NCBI GenBank assembly: GCA_964573695.1
Contig: CAZNKB010000005.1
Span: 46,012 to 110,011 of the forward strand
Direction of reading: 5' to 3'
Length of the DNA stretch: 64,000 bases
From: an uncultured Gammaproteobacteria bacterium
GTDB lineage: Bacteria > Patescibacteriota > Microgenomatia > UBA10105 > UBA927
Shown here piece by piece: positions 56,866 through 64,000 of the stretch (positions within the stretch are counted from its first letter, which is position 1; each line of letters starts with the position of its first letter). Made by a program: the position numbers and the translations under genes. The notes under the pieces are model-generated. The model made no database searches and was not told the DNA's origin. It saw only the letters and a program-made list of their open reading frames with translations.

Positions 56866-57600
56866 CTATTGAATTTCGTAACTCAACGTGACACTTACGC
56901 TAAGCTCAGACGAGCCCGGTTCAACCTGCGTTGGCTCACCGCCCCCGGAGATTGGGAGAGATTTTACGGCATCGTACATCATCGGCCGTGGTGATGACCC
57001 GCCCCCTTCGCTGTAGTTTATGACGCGGCCCAGCTTAAATCCTGCTGCCTTGGCAGCCGCATCGGCTTTTGATTTGGCGTCGGCAACCGCAGCTATCCGT
57101 GCCTGATTTTCTGCCTTTGTTTTGTCATCGACGTCGAAGTGGACGCCCCCAACTTCATTTGCCCCCTGGGTAGTCGCCGCGTCGATCACTCCGTTAACCG
57201 TGTCGATTTTTCGTACTTTTATCGTGAGGTTGGAATTCGCCTGGTACCCGGTGATGCGCTGGGTGGACGAAGAATAATCATAGGTCGGCGAAATATTGTA
57301 ATAACTTGTTTTGATGTCCTTGTCGTCAACACCAAGTTTTTTGACTGCGGCACTTACTGCATTTATTTTGGTATTGAGTTCCTGCTGCACCTTGGTAACG
57401 CTTTGTCCCTGAGCCGTAACTCCCGCGGATACTATGGCGATATCCGGCATCATGGTCACTTTTCCTTCACCCGATACCGAAAACGTATCGCTTTTGGCAG
57501 TCGTGACACTATTTAATGAAAACGGTATGGGACCGGCAAGCTTGGTGTAAGCAAAGAGAAGAACAAAAAAAAGTACTACGGCCCCTGCGGAATCTTTCAT
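56866..57600 (-). CDS. SIMPL-domain (DUF541) secreted protein
   Basis: Signal/TM N-terminus. SIMPL pattern (GEGKVTMMPDIAIVSAGV...VSAAVKKLGVDDKDIKTS). Gly-rich near the C-terminus. SD GGAGG 6 nt upstream. Confidence 0.65.
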   Translation of the reverse strand: MKDSAGAVVLFFVLLFAYTKLAGPIPFSLNSVTTAKSDTFSVSGEGKVTMMPDIAIVSAGVTAQGQSVTKVQQELNTKINAVSAAVKKLGVDDKDIKTSYYNISPTYDYSSSTQRITGYQANSNLTIKVRKIDTVNGVIDAATTQGANEVGGVHFDVDDKTKAENQARIAAVADAKSKADAAAKAAGFKLGRVINYSEGGGSSPRPMMYDAVKSLPISGGGEPTQVEPGSSELSVSVTLSYEIQ

Positions 57601-58457
57601 AGTTTGCCTCCTTGTTTCATCTTACACGCTTTTATGAGATTTTGCATAAGGCAAGCGACATTTACAGGTCCTACCCCTCCCGGTGTCGGCGTATACCAAG
57701 AGGTAATGTCCGCAATATCTTCTTCGTTGTAATCCCCGCGGAGTTTGCCTTGGGCGTCCCGCCACAGCCCGACGCTTATAAGTATGGATCCCGGTTTGAC
57801 CGCTTCTCTGGGTACGACTCCTTCTTTGCCCACGCAGGATATAATAATGTCGCTTTGTTTCAAGATTTCCAAAGGGTTCGGTGTGGATGCATGAATTACA
57901 GACGTCGCACAATCGTTGTTATTGAGATAGCGCCCAATCGGGGCCCCTGCCGTCTCTCCCCTGCCGATGACCGTAATGCGTCGGTGTTGTAACCACCTCA
58001 TATAATTTTTTTCTTCCGGTTGGATATGTTTATATATTGATATTAGGATCTCCCCTACTGCAACAGCGACCGGCACGTCAAAGGGTGAATTCGGTAAAAA
58101 TCCGTCTATGTCCTTTTCCCTGGCGACACTCTCCAATATCCCTTTCGTATCTCCCGTTTGTATAGGAACAGGGCGTTGGATAATGAGACCGTGCACCGCT
58201 TTGTCCTTATTATATTTCCATATCTTTTCGCGAAGATCCTCCACAGTGGTGGCATTGGGCAGGTGGTCAAAATGTATTGCGGCGCCGATCCGCTCTGCTG
58301 CTTTTTGTTTCTGCCGGATATACGCCAAACTCGCCGGATCATCTCCTACGAGGATTACGGCGAGCGTCGGGATCCCCCAGTCCTTCGTGTGCTCGGAAAC
58401 CTCATGGGTCAGTGTGGCTAGAATGGTTTCCGCGAGTGCCTTGCCGTCAAATTTCAT
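57597..58457 (-). CDS. folD: Bifunctional methylenetetrahydrofolate dehydrogenase/cyclohydrolase
   Basis: KFDGKALAE, LAVILVGDDPASLAYIRQKQKAAERIG, DIDGF, VIGRGETAG, TPTPGGVGP. Start at the internal Met (58457); the upstream extension would overlap the next gene. Confidence 0.9.
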   Translation of the reverse strand: MKFDGKALAETILATLTHEVSEHTKDWGIPTLAVILVGDDPASLAYIRQKQKAAERIGAAIHFDHLPNATTVEDLREKIWKYNKDKAVHGLIIQRPVPIQTGDTKGILESVAREKDIDGFLPNSPFDVPVAVAVGEILISIYKHIQPEEKNYMRWLQHRRITVIGRGETAGAPIGRYLNNNDCATSVIHASTPNPLEILKQSDIIISCVGKEGVVPREAVKPGSILISVGLWRDAQGKLRGDYNEEDIADITSWYTPTPGGVGPVNVACLMQNLIKACKMKQGGKL

Positions 58458-58539
58458 GATGTGTCCAGTCAGTATAACAAATTCGCGATTGACAGGAGGA
58501 AGAATTTCTTCTTGAATGGTAAGAGAGGAGTTATTTCGT

Positions 58540-59277
58540 ATGGAACATAAATCTGTGAGTATGGCCATTATCGTAAGCGCTGTATTGGTCGTTTCGCTTG
58601 TTGCCATAGGTGGGATGTTTCTTCCTTCCTGGGGTAAGTTCGAGCTTCTCCCTTCCGGCGCCATAACGGTCGTCGGCGAAGCAAAGAGTCAGGAAAAAAG
58701 CCAGATCGCCGTATTTTCTGCAGGAGTGAATGCGTTTAACGACGATAAAACCGTGGCGGTCAATGAGGTAAACAAAAAAGTCGAAGCGATCATCGATGCA
58801 GTCAAGGAGTTTGGTGTGACGAGCGAAGATATCAAGACACAGAGCATGAATATTTATCAAAATCAGGACCAGTATTATGAAGACGGACGACAGAAATATC
58901 GCCCGGGACAATGGAATGTGGGTAATACCGTCGAGATCAAGCTTCGCAATGTGGATCGCGCGGCTTCTTTGGCCGGGGTATTGACCAAAAGCGGAGCGAC
59001 CAATGTGTACGGACCCAATTTTACGTTTGATGACACCAGTGAACAGGCCACCGCGCTTTTGGATGCCGCGTACAAAAACGCACAGGAAAAAGCGGCGAAA
59101 GTGGCACAAAGCACCGAACGCAAGCTGGGTAAAGTCGTTTCCGTTACGGAAGCCGGAGCGTCACAGCAGCCGGTCTTTTATCGCATGGAAGGCGGCGGTG
59201 GAGGCGGCGGAGGTGCAGTGGAACCAGGAAGCGGCACCGTTTCCAAATCAGTAACCGTGACGTTTGAGCTCAAATAA
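58540..59277 (+). CDS. SIMPL-domain (DUF541) secreted protein, paralog
   Basis: ITVVGEAKSQEKSQIAVFSAGV...IIDAVKEFGVTSEDIKTQ and a C-terminal Gly run. SD AGAGAGGAG upstream of the ATG at 58540. Confidence 0.65.
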   Translation: MEHKSVSMAIIVSAVLVVSLVAIGGMFLPSWGKFELLPSGAITVVGEAKSQEKSQIAVFSAGVNAFNDDKTVAVNEVNKKVEAIIDAVKEFGVTSEDIKTQSMNIYQNQDQYYEDGRQKYRPGQWNVGNTVEIKLRNVDRAASLAGVLTKSGATNVYGPNFTFDDTSEQATALLDAAYKNAQEKAAKVAQSTERKLGKVVSVTEAGASQQPVFYRMEGGGGGGGGAVEPGSGTVSKSVTVTFELK

Positions 59278-59280
59278 TCC

Positions 59281-59676
59281 TTATAAACTTTTAATACGGA
59301 GTTTTCTTGTTCCGCGAATTGTGCCCGAGTGTGGGTGGCTGAATGATTGGTCGCATTCCACAAAGACGACGCTGCGACGATTTGAAACAGAAAGTAGTCC
59401 GTCGAGACTTCGGGCAATGATTCCTCTGCCGATATTGAGTTCAATATTAGAGCTCATTGTCCCGGCGAGAATAACTCGTCCCGAGTGAGTTCGTGAATTA
59501 TAGTCTACGCTAAGAGAAGTATCAGGGTTTAAAAATACCGGCAGTTGTAGTCCTGCATTTATTTTATCTAGTTCCCCAACGTGGTATAAACCACGACGAA
59601 GTCTAAGTACTTCCAGTGGTCTTCGTGTGAAATATAATTGCGAAGCCTCCCGCATGAAAAAGCCGATTTCTATCAT
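59281..59676 (-). CDS. Questionable hypothetical ORF in a convergent intergenic region
   Basis: 131-aa ORF with no similarity, in the 400-bp gap between the SIMPL gene and gyrA. Confidence 0.15.
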   Translation of the reverse strand: MIEIGFFMREASQLYFTRRPLEVLRLRRGLYHVGELDKINAGLQLPVFLNPDTSLSVDYNSRTHSGRVILAGTMSSNIELNIGRGIIARSLDGLLSVSNRRSVVFVECDQSFSHPHSGTIRGTRKLRIKSL

Positions 59677-59680
59677 GAAA

Positions 59681-62203
59681 TTATTTGGTGAGGCAGGTGG
59701 CGGCAGCGATCGTATCGTTTTTATCCGTAAATCGCATCAGGATGACCCCGCTCGTCGCTCTCGAGAGCTGCGGGATCGATTTCATAGGGAGTTTGACGAC
59801 CTGGCCTTTGGTTGAGGTGAGGATGACTTCCTCGCTTCCCTCCGGAACCATTTGGGACAATACGATTTTTCCGGTTCTCGGTTTGATTTCTGCGACCTTC
59901 ACTCCCTGCCCGCCACGTTTCTGTTTGGGGAATCCCGTTATGTTCGTTTTCTTTCCAAGGCCTTTTTCCATAAGCGTGAGGAAGTCGGCTTTCTTGTTTT
60001 CGCTTCCGATAACCTCCATGGCCACAGCATAATCACCGGGTTTGAGCAAAATCCCCCGTACTCCCATGGTATCTCTGCCGGTGTGGCGCACTTCGTTTTC
60101 GCTAAAACGGATCGACTTACCTTCGTGCGTGACGAGCAGCACATCGTCATTGCCGCTTGTTAACTTTGCCCAAATCAGTTCATCGCCGGCATCGAGTTTA
60201 ATGGATAATAATCCGTTCCGCCGGATATTTTCGAATTGGGAAAGCTTCGTCTTTTTGACCACGCCTTTTTTGGTAGCCATGAGGATATATTCCAATCCTT
60301 TTTCCTTTTGCTCCGTGCGTTTCAAGCTGTAAGAAAGCATGGAAGTGACTTTTTCCGAGCTTTCTATATTGATGAGGTTGACGACCGCTTGTCCTTTGCT
60401 CTGTCGGCTTGCTTCCGGGATATCCCAGACTCGGACCTGGTAGACTTTGCCTTTTTCGGTGAAAAAGAGCATGTTGTCGTGCGTTTGTGCTGACAGCAGA
60501 CGGTCAATGGCGTCTTCTTCTTTGGTGGTCATGCCGATCACTCCCTTGCCGCCGCGCTCCTGAAGTTTAAACGTACTGCGGGGTACCCGCTTGATGTATC
60601 CGGTTTCCGTCATGGTGATAATCGTCTCTTCGTTCGGGATCAACTGTTCGTCGGAGAGTTCGCCCACGCGGCTTTTGTACACGCGGGTACGTCTGTTATC
60701 GCCATATTTTTCCTTAAGCTTGGTGAGTTCTTCTTTGATTACTTTGAGTATTTTTTCCGGGTGCGCCAACAAATCATTGAGGTAGGATATCGTTTCCCGG
60801 ATCATAGCAAGCTCGTCTTCGATTTTCTGGCGCTCAAGAGCAGCGAGTTTCCGCAGTTGCATATCCAAAATAGCTGTCGCCTGGATATCGGAAAGCTTAA
60901 ATCTGGCCATGAGTTTTTGTTTCGCTTCATCGGCGTCTTTGGCCTTTTTGATGATAGAAATGACTTCATCGATATGATCGACGGCAATCTTGAGACCCTC
61001 CAAGATATGTTCGCGGGCTTTTGCCTCTTTGAGTTCGAATTCACTTCTTCGGTATATGACGTCATGCCGGTGCTTCAAGTATTCCTCCAGAATTTCGCGA
61101 AGCGTGAGCGTCCGAGGTGTGCCGTCGACTAATGCGACGACATTGACCGGGAAGGTTGATTGCAGCTCGGTAAACTTATATAAATTATTGAGTACTTTAT
61201 TCGGCTGTGCGTCGCGTTTGAGTTCGACGACCACCCGAATGCCGCGGCGATCAGATTCATCGCGCAAGTCGGAAATGCCGTCGAGTTTTTTGTCTTTTAC
61301 AAGATCCGCGATTTTGATGACGAGATTGGCTTTGTTTACCTGGTATGGGAGCTCGGTAATGGCAATCATGCTTTTGCCGTTGCCCATTTCTTCGATTTCT
61401 GCCTTGCCCCGCATTACGATTTTACCTCTGCCAGTGGCGTACGCGTTTCTGATTTCGTTCACGTCATAAATCGCTCCCGCAGTCGGAAAATCAGGCCCCT
61501 GTACGTATTGCATGAGGTCCTCAAGCGAGACGTCAAACGTCATGCCAAAGCGTTTGCTTTCCCCGACGTCGTTTTGGGTGGCAACCCCTTTTTTGTCGAT
61601 CGTTGCTTTGCTGATCATAAATATGATCGCATCGACGAGTTCGGACAAATTATGCGGCGGGATTTTTGTAGCCATACCGACGGCGATTCCCTCACTTCCC
61701 ATAAGCAGCAGGTTGGGCAATTTGGCCGGCAGATAGACAGGTTCTGCGATTGATCCGTCGAAGTTCGGTATGAAATCGACCGTTTCCTTCTCGATATCCA
61801 GAAGCATTTCATCGGCGATAGAATCCAAACGGCACTCCGTGTACCGCATGGCAGCCGGCGGATCTCCGTCGATACTACCGAAGTTGCCCTGCCCGTCCAC
61901 CAAGGTGTACCGCATGGAAAAATCCTGCGCCAATCTCACTAATGCTTCGTAGACAGAGGAGTCCCCGTGCGGGTGGTATTTGCCCAGGACTTCTCCGACT
62001 ACGGTAGCGCTTTTTTTGTATTTGCCGCTGTGATGAAGGCCCGTCTGATGCATTGCAAACAAAATCCTCCGATGTACCGGTTTTAATCCGTCACGTGCGT
62101 CGGGGAGAGCGCGAGCCACGATGACGGACATCGCATAGTCCATGTAGGACTTTTGCATTTCCTCGACGATCTCACTAGGTTGGATTTTGCCAATGGCTGC
62201 CAT
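59681..62203 (-). CDS. gyrA: DNA gyrase subunit A
   Basis: AAMRYTE active-site region, QRGG-type motifs, and C-terminal beta-pinwheel repeats. Confidence 0.95.
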   Translation of the reverse strand: MAAIGKIQPSEIVEEMQKSYMDYAMSVIVARALPDARDGLKPVHRRILFAMHQTGLHHSGKYKKSATVVGEVLGKYHPHGDSSVYEALVRLAQDFSMRYTLVDGQGNFGSIDGDPPAAMRYTECRLDSIADEMLLDIEKETVDFIPNFDGSIAEPVYLPAKLPNLLLMGSEGIAVGMATKIPPHNLSELVDAIIFMISKATIDKKGVATQNDVGESKRFGMTFDVSLEDLMQYVQGPDFPTAGAIYDVNEIRNAYATGRGKIVMRGKAEIEEMGNGKSMIAITELPYQVNKANLVIKIADLVKDKKLDGISDLRDESDRRGIRVVVELKRDAQPNKVLNNLYKFTELQSTFPVNVVALVDGTPRTLTLREILEEYLKHRHDVIYRRSEFELKEAKAREHILEGLKIAVDHIDEVISIIKKAKDADEAKQKLMARFKLSDIQATAILDMQLRKLAALERQKIEDELAMIRETISYLNDLLAHPEKILKVIKEELTKLKEKYGDNRRTRVYKSRVGELSDEQLIPNEETIITMTETGYIKRVPRSTFKLQERGGKGVIGMTTKEEDAIDRLLSAQTHDNMLFFTEKGKVYQVRVWDIPEASRQSKGQAVVNLINIESSEKVTSMLSYSLKRTEQKEKGLEYILMATKKGVVKKTKLSQFENIRRNGLLSIKLDAGDELIWAKLTSGNDDVLLVTHEGKSIRFSENEVRHTGRDTMGVRGILLKPGDYAVAMEVIGSENKKADFLTLMEKGLGKKTNITGFPKQKRGGQGVKVAEIKPRTGKIVLSQMVPEGSEEVILTSTKGQVVKLPMKSIPQLSRATSGVILMRFTDKNDTIAAATCLTK

Positions 62204-62206
62204 AGG

Positions 62207-62725
62207 TTATGTGTGCGCAATGCCGTCCATGATTTCTTTTTGGGCGACTGATTTCCCCTTCCACTCCTTGAGTTTGACCCATTTGCCGGGTTCAAGTTCT
62301 TTATAGTGTTCAAAGAAATGTTTGATTTTTGCTTTGGTGGGTTCCGGAATGTCGCTCAGGTCCTTCATCGCGCCGTATATCGGGTCAGATTTTTCGCTTG
62401 GGACGGCTATGACTTTCATATCAATGCCGGATTCGTCTTCCATTTCGAGCATGGCAATCGGGATGACGTTTACCATGACGCCGGGATAAAGCGGTTGGCT
62501 ACAAAGCACTATGACATCGACCGGATCCCCGTCTCCGGACTTCGTGTTCGGAACAAATCCGTAATTTGCCGGATATCCCATGGTGGTCCGGACAAACCGG
62601 TCAACCATGATCACTTCGGCTTCTTTGTCCATTTCGTATTTCACCATGCATCCCTCGGGAATTTCGATGATGACATTTATGTCTTCTGGCGGATTTTTTC
62701 CTGGTGTAATGGTTGATAGTTTCAT
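62207..62725 (-). CDS. ppa: Inorganic pyrophosphatase (family I)
   Basis: [10 protein letters not shown] and the acidic metal-binding cluster. 172 aa. Confidence 0.95.
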   Translation of the reverse strand: MKLSTITPGKNPPEDINVIIEIPEGCMVKYEMDKEAEVIMVDRFVRTTMGYPANYGFVPNTKSGDGDPVDVIVLCSQPLYPGVMVNVIPIAMLEMEDESGIDMKVIAVPSEKSDPIYGAMKDLSDIPEPTKAKIKHFFEHYKELEPGKWVKLKEWKGKSVAQKEIMDGIAHT

Positions 62726-62749
62726 AAGTTTCCTCCTTTATGAGAGAAA

Positions 62750-64000
<1,251 letters not shown>

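Noticed and set aside
59281-59676. 131-aa ORF between the SIMPL gene and gyrA as a real gene
   Set aside because: No similarity, it sits in a convergent terminator-type gap, and it competes with two + strand ORFs of similar size. Retained only as a very low-confidence feature.

Overview
This 64 kb window looks like a small-genome bacterium, possibly Candidate Phyla Radiation / Patescibacteria. That placement is an inference from gene content, including a form II/III RuBisCO next to an e2b2-type ribose-1,5-bisphosphate isomerase, many small membrane or secreted hypotheticals, and TGA used as a stop codon. The flanking core genes run at roughly 50% GC. Core genes present: recR (5' partial), cysS, an MsbA-like ABC exporter, msrB, dus, the RuBisCO/e2b2 AMP-salvage pair, ychF, rpsF-ssb-rpsR-ctpA-htrA, a release-factor-1-like gene lacking the N-terminal domain, rpmE, hisS, pepP, a HutH-like ammonia-lyase, dnaB, tRNA-Leu(CAA), lgt, a dksA/traR-type zinc-finger gene, rluA, kefC-like, tgt, yebC, xerC/D, folD, gyrA, ppa and gyrB (partial at the window end). 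The most striking item is an ~8 kb visibly AT-rich island at ~17.3-25.5 kb between the e2b2 gene and ychF. It ends with a large serine recombinase whose ORF reads 68 nt into ychF. It carries a MerR-type excisionase candidate, a terminase small subunit but no other virion genes, a Panacea-domain antitoxin/RelE-like toxin pair, a secreted SNase-Excalibur nuclease, and an XRE/HExxH divergent pair. This looks like a phage-satellite (PICI-like) or degraded prophage element. Other notable structures are two 58-bp tandem repeats that each re-copy the first 11 nt of the adjacent tRNA-Leu gene, and a ~1.2 kb ORF-poor region made of degenerate ~200-bp tandem units. That region carries a recurring TTAGCCTCA motif, promoter-like and terminator-like signals, and a strongly GT-skewed tail, so it is a candidate non-coding RNA locus. 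There is also a perfect 22-bp palindrome on the start codon of an HTH-ACT regulator that is translationally coupled to a dUTPase-like gene, and a TrpR-like regulator flanked by 25-bp direct repeats beside the ammonia-lyase gene. No CRISPR array or rRNA was seen.
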